A stretch of DNA of 64,000 nucleotides, taken from NCBI GenBank assembly GCA_040222015.1, contig JAVJWO010000085.1, forward strand, positions 1 to 64,000. Direction: 5' to 3'. The position numbers and the translations under genes are program-made. Under the pieces are notes generated by a model. It was not told where the DNA came from. It was given only the letters and a program-made list of their open reading frames with translations, and searched no databases. Numbering within the stretch: the stretch's first letter is position 1; each line of letters starts with the position of its first letter. This DNA comes from Coleofasciculus chthonoplastes F2-STO-03 (GTDB lineage: Bacteria; Cyanobacteriota; Cyanobacteriia; Cyanobacteriales; Coleofasciculaceae). Below, piece by piece: positions 54,364 to 64,000 of this stretch.

Positions 54364-56148
54364 TCAGCGCAGGGTCTTAAGTTGGAGCTGCGCTTCATTA
54401 TATTGATCAATTCTGCCGTTGTTGAGATGTAGCTTAGAGGCTTGCTCTAAGTCGTTAATCGCTTCCATTGTATTCCCTAGTTCAGCATGGGTTAATCCTC
54501 GACCAGAGTAAGCAAAGGCATTATTGGGATTAAGTTGAATGGCTTCGGTATAATCGTCTAGAGCGCCAGAGTTATCGCCAAATTTTCGGCGGACACGGGC
54601 GCGATTGGTGTAGGCGACGCTGTTTTGGGGATTGAGTCGAATGGCTTGGGTGTAATCTTCGAGCGCTCCTTGGTTATCGCCTAACCTACTACGAATTTCC
54701 CCACGATTAATGTAAGCATTCTCATAACTGGGTTCAATGCGAATCGATTGGCTGCAATCTTTGAGTGCTTTTTGATACTCTTTAAGATTTAAGTAGGCAA
54801 TACAGCGATTGTTGTAAGCGATGTGGTTATTTGGATTCTGAGTAATCGCCTCCGTACAATCTGCGATCGCGTCTCGATAGTTTCCTAGGTTAAACTTTGC
54901 CTGACAGCGATTTGTGTAAGCCATACTATCTGTAGGGTCAATCGCGATCGCCTGGGTATAATCGTCTACAGCCCCCCTATAGTCTGCCAAATGAAATCGG
55001 GTTCTACCCCGATTGTAATAAGCCTTAGCATCATTGGGATTTAACTCAATGGCTTGCGTATAATCTGCCATGGCTTCTTGTTGATTACCCATCGCCCCCA
55101 GCACTAATCCTCGTGCCGCGTAAGCTTGGGCATTTTGGGGATTGAGCTGAATTGCTTGATCAAGATCTGCAATCGCAGCTTTATACTGGTTCAGTTGGTA
55201 GTTGCTAATTCCGCGATGGTAGTACACTTGAGCATCATTGGACTTTCGTTGAATTAATTCGGTAAAATCTTCTACAGCGCCTTGCCAATCTTCCAAATCG
55301 TAACGGGCTAGTCCTCGCTGATAGTAAGCCTCTGTATTACTTGGAGCAAGCTCAATAAGTTTAGTGTAGTCTTCAATAGCGGCTTGATGCGCTCCCAAAT
55401 CATCGTAAGCTATTCCCCGATTCCCATAAGCTAATGGGTTGTTAGGATTAAGCTGAATTGATTCATCAAACGCCTCAATCGCGCCCTGCACATTACCACT
55501 TTTTAGTTGTTCGACTCCCTGTTCAAAAAACTCTTGCGCTTTTTCCCGGTCTGGATTTTGGCTTAGCAGCCCAATTAATCCCAGCCCAAGGGCTAAACTG
55601 ATTCCTCCTGCCAAAATGGGCAAACGCCATCGCTTCAGTCTGGATTGATTCGTCGGTTTCGGCAATGGTTTTTCGGGAAATATTTCCCAATTGCCAGAAT
55701 TAGCAATGGATGTTTGGGTCGAGGTGGATATCAAGGGGGATTCTACTTCGGGTTCAGGGGGTTTAGCTGCCAAGGTTAGCATTTCTTGAAACCGGATTAA
55801 CCCTTGATCGTCCTTGGGCTGTTGACCGGATTTTTTCAACGTATTTAAGGGATGATCGGGAACAAATTCTTCGACTAGGTAAAATTTTTTATTTTCGACA
55901 AAATAGTTTACGATATCGGGATTTTGGTTGGTTTGTGCCAACCGTTCCAGGGTTTCAGTTTTATGAGTCAAGAGAAATTGCAGCCTACGAAGTGCCTGAG
56001 GATTTTTTGTGGGCAACTTGAGTTGTCGGATCACGCAAACCGGGCAATCGGGATGGCGAGTATCGGCGGCTAGGTAAATTAATCCTGAGACACCTGAGCC
56101 TAAAATCCTGACAACGCGATAACGATTATTGAAAACCTGATCGATCAT
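54364..56148 (-). CDS. Kinase N-lobe + TM + TPR-repeat protein
   Basis: RYRVVRILGSGVSG.IYLA.D and FYLVEEF without HRD/DFG; TM helix; about 10 TPRs (AY.NRG...A..DY..AI...P). Confidence 0.85.
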   Translation of the reverse strand: MIDQVFNNRYRVVRILGSGVSGLIYLAADTRHPDCPVCVIRQLKLPTKNPQALRRLQFLLTHKTETLERLAQTNQNPDIVNYFVENKKFYLVEEFVPDHPLNTLKKSGQQPKDDQGLIRFQEMLTLAAKPPEPEVESPLISTSTQTSIANSGNWEIFPEKPLPKPTNQSRLKRWRLPILAGGISLALGLGLIGLLSQNPDREKAQEFFEQGVEQLKSGNVQGAIEAFDESIQLNPNNPLAYGNRGIAYDDLGAHQAAIEDYTKLIELAPSNTEAYYQRGLARYDLEDWQGAVEDFTELIQRKSNDAQVYYHRGISNYQLNQYKAAIADLDQAIQLNPQNAQAYAARGLVLGAMGNQQEAMADYTQAIELNPNDAKAYYNRGRTRFHLADYRGAVDDYTQAIAIDPTDSMAYTNRCQAKFNLGNYRDAIADCTEAITQNPNNHIAYNNRCIAYLNLKEYQKALKDCSQSIRIEPSYENAYINRGEIRSRLGDNQGALEDYTQAIRLNPQNSVAYTNRARVRRKFGDNSGALDDYTEAIQLNPNNAFAYSGRGLTHAELGNTMEAINDLEQASKLHLNNGRIDQYNEAQLQLKTLR

Positions 56149-56385
56149 GGCAGCCTAGCACCTGGCTTATCGCCCTAAAGCATCCGTTTGGGGTCATTTT
56201 CAGTGTAGTCTGATCCCGAAAGGGAACAGGGAACCGTAAAGAATGTCCTAACCTCAATGGCACGCTCCAATCAGCATTTTGCGATCGCCGAAACTCCTGA
56301 TATACCGTAGGGTGGGTACTGCCCACCAGCATACCAGTCAGTGGCATTCTTCCTAACGTATCTGCGTAGCCCTATATAAACTGGA

Positions 56386-57132
56386 CTACACCCTCTGTCT
56401 GGTTAAATCTAGGATTAACTCCGCTAACTGGGGAGTTGCGCCAAGGGGTTCACCTAACTCAAGTTGGAGTTGAGGGTATTGCTGTTGTAAATCAAGGACA
56501 GATTGCGCGATCGCGTCTGTAAGTCCGCCAGCAAACAAAAAATAAGGCACAATGGCGATATGCTGATATCCAGCCTCCGCTAAAGTAGCGACTCGTTGAC
56601 TGAGCGTTGGTTCGATTGACCAATAAGCGTCGATTGCGCCTAATTTCTGGGCTAAGGTGGCGACTGGCTGGTTACCACCAGGGCGACGTGTGCCATGAGA
56701 GATTAGAATTTTAATCGGAGCATTTAGGGGTGGCTGTTGATTCACCAGCAGTTGTCCTAAATGGGGATGTACTCCGATATGAGGTTGCAGGTTGATGGTT
56801 AATTTTTCCCCTAACCGTTGTTGTGCGATCGCAACTTCTTCTGGGATATCCTCCATCACATGTACCCCCGGTAAGAGAAATAAGGGCAAAGCTTGGATCT
56901 GCGGGTAGCCAGTTCTTATCGCTTGAGTCGCAAACTGACAAATTTGTTCATGTAAGGATAGAGGTGCTAGTTCTAAAGTGGCAGTTCCGACGCGAATCCT
57001 CAAGGCAAGACTAGCCTCACCTTGACTCGCTAACTGCTTCTGGAGTAACTGTGCCAATTCCTCTAGTCCTCGCTGAGGACGTGGATCTCGGCTTCCGTGA
57101 GCAATAAGTAGATAAGCAGAGGAACTACGCAA
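56386..57132 (-). CDS. cbiX: Sirohydrochlorin chelatase (CbiX/SirB)
   Basis: AHGSRD, PLFLLPG.HV..DIP, SHGTR, PYFLF.G. Confidence 0.85.
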   Translation of the reverse strand: MRSSSAYLLIAHGSRDPRPQRGLEELAQLLQKQLASQGEASLALRIRVGTATLELAPLSLHEQICQFATQAIRTGYPQIQALPLFLLPGVHVMEDIPEEVAIAQQRLGEKLTINLQPHIGVHPHLGQLLVNQQPPLNAPIKILISHGTRRPGGNQPVATLAQKLGAIDAYWSIEPTLSQRVATLAEAGYQHIAIVPYFLFAGGLTDAIAQSVLDLQQQYPQLQLELGEPLGATPQLAELILDLTRQRV

Positions 57133-57538
57133 GAGTCTTAATCGTTAATGGGGATTACTGTAAACAATTGTATCGTCTGAAGTCGGAATTATGAATTATA
57201 AGAGGAAGGAATTGTTCTGAATGTGGAAACACCGTCTAAAGGATTTCAATGGAAATTTAAACCCCCATCAATGGAAGACCCCCCATCAATGGAAGAATAT
57301 CATTGGTTGGCGAGATTTAAAATTTGTCCAGTTACCGTATTTCATTCAATTTGAAAAATGGTCGATCATGGAGAGAATATATCACTTACCGCTCTGCAAG
57401 AAAATATGGCAAAAGAATATGGAAAAGACACTGTATTGGAGCAATCAACTATGATTGAGCATCACTACTGGCTGTGGTATTCAAACTATTTCACTCAAAT
57501 CGTTGCCGCCGTTGATGTTCAATCGGACAAGTAAGCGA

Positions 57539-58483
57539 TTAGCATTGAATCGTTTCTTTCTCTCGTTTCAGAAATGGTAATGAAGTGGGGGAGGAATGAG
57601 TGGAAATGTAATTCCTATTTCGCTCTTGACGATTACCTCCTTTACTCCGCAAGAAACCCACTAAGTTTTGCAAAAGTGATGGCGTAATCCCTTGTTTCTC
57701 TGACGCTTTAGACAACTGAGCCTGTAAAGGCTCAATTTCTTGAGTGGGCAAAATACCAGCTAACAGAGGTACTTCCTCAACTAAACCTACAGTCATCAGG
57801 GTAAATGCGACATGCTGCACTTGTTCAACGGGAACATTTAGTTCTTTAGCGATCGCAGACAACGAAACTGTCCCTTGCGCTCGTTCCCATACTTGCTCCT
57901 CTAAAGGATACAAGCGATAAGCAGGACTACCCGCCATGATACTAGCTAATCCTGAATTTGGATCAGGTAGTTTATCATGGAGATTATCCCAATTTTTCAG
58001 TAATCGCAACCCTCTCAATGTGGCTTCTGTCGCTGAGATGCTCAATCCCGTCATTTCTTTGGTGGGTATGGGAGCATTTGGGATAAATTTAAACTGACCT
58101 TCCTTGAGTTCAAATAAAGTACAGACTCGCTGCAATACCTGATTCTGAAAAAGTTGCTTTAAATGTTCGATTGACAATATTCCGTGATGTTTGAGGCTTA
58201 ACCCCAAGGGTTTATCAGTCGGACATAGCTGTACCAGTTTTGTTACTACGCGCTGGCTCACTCCCATCTGTTCAGCAATCAATTTCACTAAACCTTGATG
58301 ATCTAATTGATGTGCTGCCGCCACAATACGTCCCTGGTAAACCCAAATGTAATAAATTGCGTTGAGTGGTGTGGGGTATTCTGGTAATGCTCCTAGCGTC
58401 AACACTCCAGTTTTCTGTCCTTTCTCTAGAAACTGGAAAATTTCTGGTATTGAAAAGTCGGATAAGGAACTGGTAATCGACAT
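57539..58483 (-). CDS. DUF4388 (PATAN-like) domain protein
   Basis: LSDFSIPEIFQFLE.G.KTG.L, W...GRIVAA, LF.L..G.F.F. Confidence 0.8.
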   Translation of the reverse strand: MSITSSLSDFSIPEIFQFLEKGQKTGVLTLGALPEYPTPLNAIYYIWVYQGRIVAAAHQLDHQGLVKLIAEQMGVSQRVVTKLVQLCPTDKPLGLSLKHHGILSIEHLKQLFQNQVLQRVCTLFELKEGQFKFIPNAPIPTKEMTGLSISATEATLRGLRLLKNWDNLHDKLPDPNSGLASIMAGSPAYRLYPLEEQVWERAQGTVSLSAIAKELNVPVEQVQHVAFTLMTVGLVEEVPLLAGILPTQEIEPLQAQLSKASEKQGITPSLLQNLVGFLRSKGGNRQERNRNYISTHSSPTSLPFLKREKETIQC

Positions 58484-59249
58484 AATTCTTGAATTGAACG
58501 CTACGCAGGATAATTTGCTCTACTACTAACGCATACTACGCTTTATTCGCTTACTTCGTAAGGCTTCAGCCGCCTTGCTTTTCAATTCTTTACTAGCCGT
58601 GAGCAAATTGTCGGCTTTTTGTTATCTACTATACGAAAATCCAGTGATTTGCCGCCAGTAACCTGGCATTTAGCGCTAAAGGTTTGCTCTAAAATACTAA
58701 AATTTGTTAAGCTATCAGCTCAGTTTTTATTCCTAAGTATCTATACCGGCTCCAAAAAAGACAACGGGGATTGCATGGTGCTATTGAGTCTATCATCTCT
58801 CAATTTTACGCTTATCCTGCTGGTGGATTATCTCCGTCAAATTACGGAATAATCCTCTAAAATGTTAGCGATTGCTCACAATCTTAAATCTAAACAAAAA
58901 TCACAAACTCTAACATTGTCAAAATTGATACAGTTAAATCTTTGAACTTGATCAGGACTACAGCTAGAGGGAATCACCAGTGCTTGCGGTGGAGCATCGA
59001 ACCTGCCTGCGATCGCGCTGACTTGATGTTTGATTGTTGATACCTACACCTGACAGCAGGATGACACCTCCCTGCCTCAAAATAAATGCAGATTTCATTT
59101 CAAAAAGCTATATAAAGGCTTAATTCGACTACGGAAATAGAATTCTGCGCTCTATGGAAACAACATTGATTTCTTCTATGAAGATCCCGACGCCGAAGTT
59201 TTGGGATACCTTCACTGGAATGATGAAGGATCTCGCCTAATCATCCTTA

Positions 59250-59572
59250 GTGAACTACCCGACGCCCTCGCGCAGCCGAAGCGCGGGCTTCCTACCCAGA
59301 AACCAGCGTAGTAGTAGATTGCTTTCGTCCTCTAAGTAGGTTGGTGGAAATAAGCTCAACTATATTAAGTTATGTAAAACTCGCCTCAAACTCTTACAAA
59401 GGACGAATGACGAATGACGAAGGACGAATGACGAAGGACGAAGGACGAAGGACGAATGACAGCTCCTGGGTTATTCACCATCAACAAGTTACCTGTCAAC
59501 CATGATTCGGCGTGACTCCCTTGCCAACGCTAAGATGGGGTATCCGTTGCCAAATCAGGAGAAACAATCCAC
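59250..59572 (-). mobile_element. Decayed IS200/IS605 tnpB 3' end/right end, interrupted by a MITE/STRR insert
   Basis: Minus strand ...TTGGCAACGGA...GGGAGTCACGCC...GAAGCCCGCGCTTCGGCTGCGCGAGGGCGTCGGGTAGTTCAC, resembling typical tnpB tails. Confidence 0.55.
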
Positions 59573-59591
59573 ACTCAAGCCAGTTTAGACT

Positions 59592-59597
59592 TATAAT
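59592..59597 (+). promoter_or_regulatory. Consensus -10 box, candidate native pilM promoter
   Basis: TATAAT lies 6 nt before the insertion point of the IS605-type element. Confidence 0.45.
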
Positions 59598-59603
59598 TTT
59601 GAC

Positions 59604-59992
59604 TGGAGATTTGGGTTTAGATTTCCCGTCCTTGTCGGACGGCTTTAAAAATGTCCTAATATATCGATGAATTCATGTATACTAATAATAGCGGTAAAGC
59701 GCACATAAAAAGCGAAGTTGGTAAAGCGGATTATTATCTCTTGTATCCGGAGCCCTGGCAGCAAAGAATAAAGCCTAAATCTTGCAAACTGAGAGACGTT
59801 AAAGCGAGAATTCGATAAATCTCGATACATCAAAATACCGTGGGACACACGGAAATATAAGCTTGAGGAGTGAGTTGAAAGACTCAAGTATGCTCGATAA
59901 GACCAAAGGTAAACCAATTCACTTGTTGAAGCGGATAACCGGAGGCAAGGTCAGCCCAAGAATCCCCGCACGTATAGGGCGGGGATTGTCAA
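59604..59992 (+). mobile_element. Non-autonomous IS200/IS605-type element with a tnpB tail/omegaRNA remnant
   Basis: Preceded by TTGAC; left hairpin CCGTCC-TTGTC-GGACGG; decayed NTVGHTEI*A*G...QESP tnpB tail; right hairpin ATCCCCGC...GCGGGGAT ending TGTCAA; no tnpA or tnpB ORF. Confidence 0.72.
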
Positions 59993-60011
59993 ACCAGTCC
60001 CCACCTGAGCT

Positions 60012-61115
60012 ATGTTGAACCGTTTCCAAAATCTATTTTCTAAGGGTAAGAAAGGTATCGGGATAGAATTAGCACCAGAACGTATTAGTATCGCCCAACT
60101 GCGAAAGCAAGGTCAGGGCTACAAGCTGGTGAGCCTTCATACCCATGAAGTTCCCGAAGGTTTATTTGACGGAGGGAAAATAATCGATGCCGCCAGCTTA
60201 GCTGAACTTGTGACTGAAGTTCTTGACGAGCATAAACTCAAAGTCGAGCAAGTCGCTACGGCTGTCCCCATGCGGGAAGCGGTGATCCGAATTATTCCTA
60301 TTCCCGCCGAACTCGATGACCAAGAACTGCGAGATATGGTTCTCAACCATGAAGCCGGTCTATACTTACCCTATCCGCGTGAAGAAGTGGATTTAGATTA
60401 CCAAAAACTGGGCTTCTTCATGGACGAAGACGGGATTGAAAAAGTACAAGTCTTGCTGGTGGCAACACGCCGGGAGGTGACAGACACCTATCTGGATACT
60501 TTCCAACTGGTGGGGTTAAAAGTCGATGTCCTGGAAATCAATAGTTTTGCCCTGATTCGCACCATCCGCGAGCAACTGCGACAATTTGCGCCCCAAGAAG
60601 CGGCGGTATTAGTGGATATAGAATTTGATAGTACCGAAATTGCGATTATTGTCGATGGAGTCCCCCAGTTTTCCCGTACCGTTCCCATTGGCACATTCCA
60701 ACTCCAAAGTGCGCTGTCACGGGCGATGAATTTACCGACATCCAGAAACACGGAACTCTTGCAGGGAATGACAATACCCAACACTCCGGTGGATGGCATT
60801 CGCACGGGTGCCACGGGAATTAATCCGGGAATGGCAGCACTGCTGAGAGTTTTAGGTGAACTCGCCGATGAATTGCGTCGTTCCATCGACTTTTATTTAA
60901 ATCAGAGTGAAAATCTAGAAGTGGCTCAACTCCTCCTCGCTGGACCTGGCGGCGGAATTGGACAACTGGATGAATTTTTCACCCAACGATTAAGCTTGCC
61001 TACCACTCAGGTTGATCCGATTGCGGCACTATCCTTAGAGATGGAGCAAGATGTTCCCCCAGTACAACGACCCGGATTGGGAACGGTATTAGGATTAGGA
61101 TTGCGGGAGGTTTAA
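60012..61115 (+). CDS. pilM: Type IV pilus assembly protein PilM
   Basis: Actin-like fold (IGIEL, YLPY.REEV.LDY, VLLVAT, ELRRS.DFY, LAGPGG); first gene of pilMNOQ. Confidence 0.95.
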   Translation: MLNRFQNLFSKGKKGIGIELAPERISIAQLRKQGQGYKLVSLHTHEVPEGLFDGGKIIDAASLAELVTEVLDEHKLKVEQVATAVPMREAVIRIIPIPAELDDQELRDMVLNHEAGLYLPYPREEVDLDYQKLGFFMDEDGIEKVQVLLVATRREVTDTYLDTFQLVGLKVDVLEINSFALIRTIREQLRQFAPQEAAVLVDIEFDSTEIAIIVDGVPQFSRTVPIGTFQLQSALSRAMNLPTSRNTELLQGMTIPNTPVDGIRTGATGINPGMAALLRVLGELADELRRSIDFYLNQSENLEVAQLLLAGPGGGIGQLDEFFTQRLSLPTTQVDPIAALSLEMEQDVPPVQRPGLGTVLGLGLREV

Positions 61116-61120
61116 CTCTA

Positions 61121-61990
61121 ATGTATAGTCTCGATATTAATTTTCTTAAAGATAGACCCGATTATCGCCAACCCGATAAAGGGTCTGAGTCCCCCAAAGC
61201 CAAAAAACAGATTCATATTGGGGAAATGACGCCGCTGGTTCTGGGTGTGATTGTTGGGTTACTGCCGCTGGCGTTAGCCGCCGGCATCGGTTTTTTGTGG
61301 CTACCTCAGCAAAATGCCAAGTTAAACCAGGAAATTGCTGAAATCGACCAAGAACTAGCAAGTTTGGAAGCGGAAAAAAATAAAATTAATAACCTGGATA
61401 ATCAAATCCAAGCGGTGAGACAGGAAACCGAAGCCTTGGCAACGGTCTTTAATCAAATTAAGCCCTGGTCAGCCATTCTACAGGATATTCGCGATCGCGT
61501 CCCCACCGGAGTCCAAATTCAAGCGATTGAACAAACGGAAACCGAAACTGAAGCGGCTGAGGGGACTGAGGGTAGCACCCCCTTACCCACAATTAACGTG
61601 GAGATTTCTGGCGTAGCGCGTTCATTTGATGATGTGAACAACTTTCTGCTGACGCTACAGGAATCTCCCTTCTTTCAAGAGGAAGAAACTCATATCGTTA
61701 CCGCTCAACTGGAGGAGAACCCCGCTGAGTTAGAAGTACCGGAAAAGGAAGACGGCGAGACGGTGGCTGAGATAACCTACGAGTTGCCCAAAGTGGTAGG
61801 CTATACCGTTGAAACGAGCTTGACAAATGTCCCTGCTTCTGAACTATTGCGCGAAATTGACCGCAAAGGAGCGGTGGGATTAGTGGCTCGGATCAAAGCC
61901 TTACAGCAGATTGAGCAAAATCAGGCAACAGAGACACCTAGCCCAGCTCCAAGCCCCAGCCGAAGCCCAACTGAGACAACTACGGAGTGA
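61121..61990 (+). CDS. pilN: Type IV pilus assembly protein PilN
   Basis: MYSLDINFL motif, TM, coiled coil, PWSA.LQDI..RVP.GVQI, I.G.A.SF..VN.F. Confidence 0.92.
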   Translation: MYSLDINFLKDRPDYRQPDKGSESPKAKKQIHIGEMTPLVLGVIVGLLPLALAAGIGFLWLPQQNAKLNQEIAEIDQELASLEAEKNKINNLDNQIQAVRQETEALATVFNQIKPWSAILQDIRDRVPTGVQIQAIEQTETETEAAEGTEGSTPLPTINVEISGVARSFDDVNNFLLTLQESPFFQEEETHIVTAQLEENPAELEVPEKEDGETVAEITYELPKVVGYTVETSLTNVPASELLREIDRKGAVGLVARIKALQQIEQNQATETPSPAPSPSRSPTETTTE

Positions 61991-61997
61991 TCTAACT

Positions 61998-62783
61998 ATG
62001 ACTTATGCTGATCCAGATTTTATCCCCGTTGAAGAGCAGGAGGAAGAACCCAGTTATCCGGAGGCGTTTGGGATTACCTTCACGCCAAAAGTTGCGGGAA
62101 TTATCTTGGCTATTTTAGGACTTGGTGGGGCTGCTTATCTCGCCTGGAAAGTTGTGCAGCCTGCCTTGGTGGAAAACCAAGAATTAAGGGCGCAGCGTCA
62201 AGAAAAAGAGGGTCAACTCCAAGATCCCCAAGAAATTCAGCAGCAGATTCAACAGAAACAACAGGAATTAGTTCAGGTAAAGCAGCAAAACCAAACGGTG
62301 ACAGGTTTATTTGCTGATGAACAATCGGCAAATACCTTGCTGCTAGATGTGAATCGGTTTATCAAAGACGCAGACGGAAAATTGACGAGTTATGAACCTG
62401 TCCAAGTCAACGAAGAAGAAAGCAATATCGTTACCGATGGTTCCCTGGGAGCAGCCGTTAACGGCAAACTCAAACGCCAAAGCTTTAATTTAGAGATGGA
62501 GGGCAGCTTTAACGCAATCCAGTCAATTTTACGGAGTATTGAGCGATTGCAAACCCTAGTTGTGGTGAAAGAGTTGACAACAGATATCAGCACACCGCAA
62601 GGGCTGTTGGTCGATGACCAAGGTACGGTGACACCCATTGTAGAGAAAGATGAACAAATCATTCGCGGTGCTCCACCGACTCTGACAACAAGCTATAGAC
62701 TGGATGTGTTGATGCCCTTGAGTGAGGAACAAAAGCAGGCAGAAATGGAAGCGGAAGCAGCCCCTGAAGAAGGAGCCCAGTAG
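61998..62783 (+). CDS. pilO: Type IV pilus assembly protein PilO
   Basis: FGI.FTP, TM, coiled coil, TLLLD.N, EG.F......R.IERLQ.L. Confidence 0.88.
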   Translation: MTYADPDFIPVEEQEEEPSYPEAFGITFTPKVAGIILAILGLGGAAYLAWKVVQPALVENQELRAQRQEKEGQLQDPQEIQQQIQQKQQELVQVKQQNQTVTGLFADEQSANTLLLDVNRFIKDADGKLTSYEPVQVNEEESNIVTDGSLGAAVNGKLKRQSFNLEMEGSFNAIQSILRSIERLQTLVVVKELTTDISTPQGLLVDDQGTVTPIVEKDEQIIRGAPPTLTTSYRLDVLMPLSEEQKQAEMEAEAAPEEGAQ

Positions 62784-62889
62784 GGATATGGGGGAGTTGG
62801 GTGAAGAAATTCTGAACCCAGATTAATTAATTTATCCCCAACATCATTAGGATTAAGGTGGTTTAGAGGTCATAAGTGAGGAGTGAATT

Positions 62890-64000
62890 GTGAGACAGGA
62901 GCAACTGTTCAGTGGAATCGCGATCGCGACGGCCGTCTCCCTATCGATAACACAACCCGTCTGGGCGGTGACGGCTCAAGTTACCGCCGTTAGGCTCAAT
63001 CCCAGAGGCAGTAGTTTAGAACTGATTCTGGAAACCCAAGCTGGGGATCAGCGCCCCCAAGTTTTCCCGGTGAACCGGGGTAAAGATTGGGTGGCGGATA
63101 TTGTCAATGCTCGGTTGAACTTAAGGGAAGGCAATAGCTTTCGTCAAGACAACCCCATGCCCGGTATTACCGCTGTTACGGTGAGTCAAATCGAACCCAA
63201 CAGCATTCGGGTAACTGTGAGTGGGGCAGAAAATCCACCGGAAGGTCAAATTCTTCAGCAAGCGTCTCAGGCAATTACTCTAGGAATTAGTCCTGCTCCC
63301 AGCAATCAAGCCGCCGTTTCGATTCCGATTTCCTCGCCCTCTGGGGAGTCAGCGTCAATTACTCCACCAACACTACCCTCCTCTACTGCATCAAATAGCG
63401 CTAGGAGTAGAGAAAATGTCAGTATTCCCCAACTGGGAAGCAGTAGTGCAGGGACGCGAACAGAGGCGAGTAACGCGGCTTTGAACCCGATTGCCGCTCA
63501 ACCTGAGATTACCACTCCAGCTAATTTCAATCTTAATCCAGCAGTAGAAAATCAACAGAACATTTCCATTCCCGTTACTCCGCCACCAAGAGAATCAGGA
63601 TCAACCGTTGCCACTCTACCCAATCTCGGAACCACTCGCTCTACCTCAGACTTTTCATCTCCCGCCACTCCCCGATCCCAATCCCAGCGTTCTAATTCAC
63701 CCCCAGTCGTTGCCCAAACCCCGACACCGGACTCTCCTGAACCCACTCAAGCTCAACCCACTCCAGTAGTTCCAGCACCTTCACCTGATGTATTAGTTCC
63801 CAATCCGACAATTACCATTGATGGGGTTCCGGCTGCACCTGCGGGTACGGTACAACCGGTTTCTCCTGCCCCCCCCTTCTTACCCAGGGCTGTTGCGCCA
63901 CCTGTGGGGGATATTGCGGTGTCTAATCTGAATGCCGCTGCCAGCGAGATTGACCTGGGAACAGCGGCTGTAGTACCTCGTTTATCCTTACGAGAAGCCC
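62890..64000 (+). CDS. pilQ: Type IV pilus secretin PilQ, N-terminal part (runs off the window)
   Basis: GAGGAG RBS, GTG start, signal peptide (QPVWA), AMIN domain (VTAVRLN...NP.PGI..V.V), Pro-rich linker, PFLPRAVAPPVGDIAVS; follows pilO. Confidence 0.85.
   Translation, partial: MRQEQLFSGIAIATAVSLSITQPVWAVTAQVTAVRLNPRGSSLELILETQAGDQRPQVFPVNRGKDWVADIVNARLNLREGNSFRQDNPMPGITAVTVSQIEPNSIRVTVSGAENPPEGQILQQASQAITLGISPAPSNQAAVSIPISSPSGESASITPPTLPSSTASNSARSRENVSIPQLGSSSAGTRTEASNAALNPIAAQPEITTPANFNLNPAVENQQNISIPVTPPPRESGSTVATLPNLGTTRSTSDFSSPATPRSQSQRSNSPPVVAQTPTPDSPEPTQAQPTPVVPAPSPDVLVPNPTITIDGVPAAPAGTVQPVSPAPPFLPRAVAPPVGDIAVSNLNAAASEIDLGTAAVVPRLSLREA

Noticed and set aside
57221..57454. 77-aa ORF with a short tandem duplication
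   Set aside because: No recognisable motif; probably an eroded fragment
59684..59835. Group I intron (IStron) core within the pilM-upstream element
   Set aside because: Only vague Q/R-like words (ATCCGGAGCC, GAGAGACG); no S element seen, and the element ends in TCAA rather than a terminal G; needs a covariance-model test

Overview
Filamentous cyanobacterial chromosome segment, inferred from abundant HIP1 GCGATCGC sites, 7-/9-bp STRR tracts and REP/MITE elements (Coleofasciculus/Oscillatoriales-like, not verified). Housekeeping genes include prk, uppS-cdaA-lysA, rimI, clpC, fbaB, sdhB, cbiX and pilMNOQ. Accessory blocks: (1) a type I-D CRISPR-Cas locus (1.6-11.7 kb) whose cas10d, csc2/cas7, cas3', cas4 and WYL genes are broken by nonsense codons and large deletions and which lacks cas6, while cas1, cas2 and csc1 stay open; it is flanked by two short arrays with paralogous leaders and contains a GNAT-DUF1778 toxin-antitoxin pair. 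(2) The tail module of a contractile injection system (25.4-31.9 kb), where a tail-assembly chaperone ends on G GGG GAA and overlaps a start-less -1-frame ORF, a candidate lambda-G/GT-like programmed frameshift. (3) A buried reverse-transcriptase remnant at about 36.7-37.0 kb. (4) lemA plus four modular TPM-family paralogs with Cys-rich modules and Gly/Ser tails. (5) A non-autonomous IS200/IS605-type element with a tnpB 3'/omegaRNA remnant between a TATAAT box and the pilM start codon, back-to-back with a second tnpB right-end remnant. All family assignments come from motif recognition by eye; no database searches were run.
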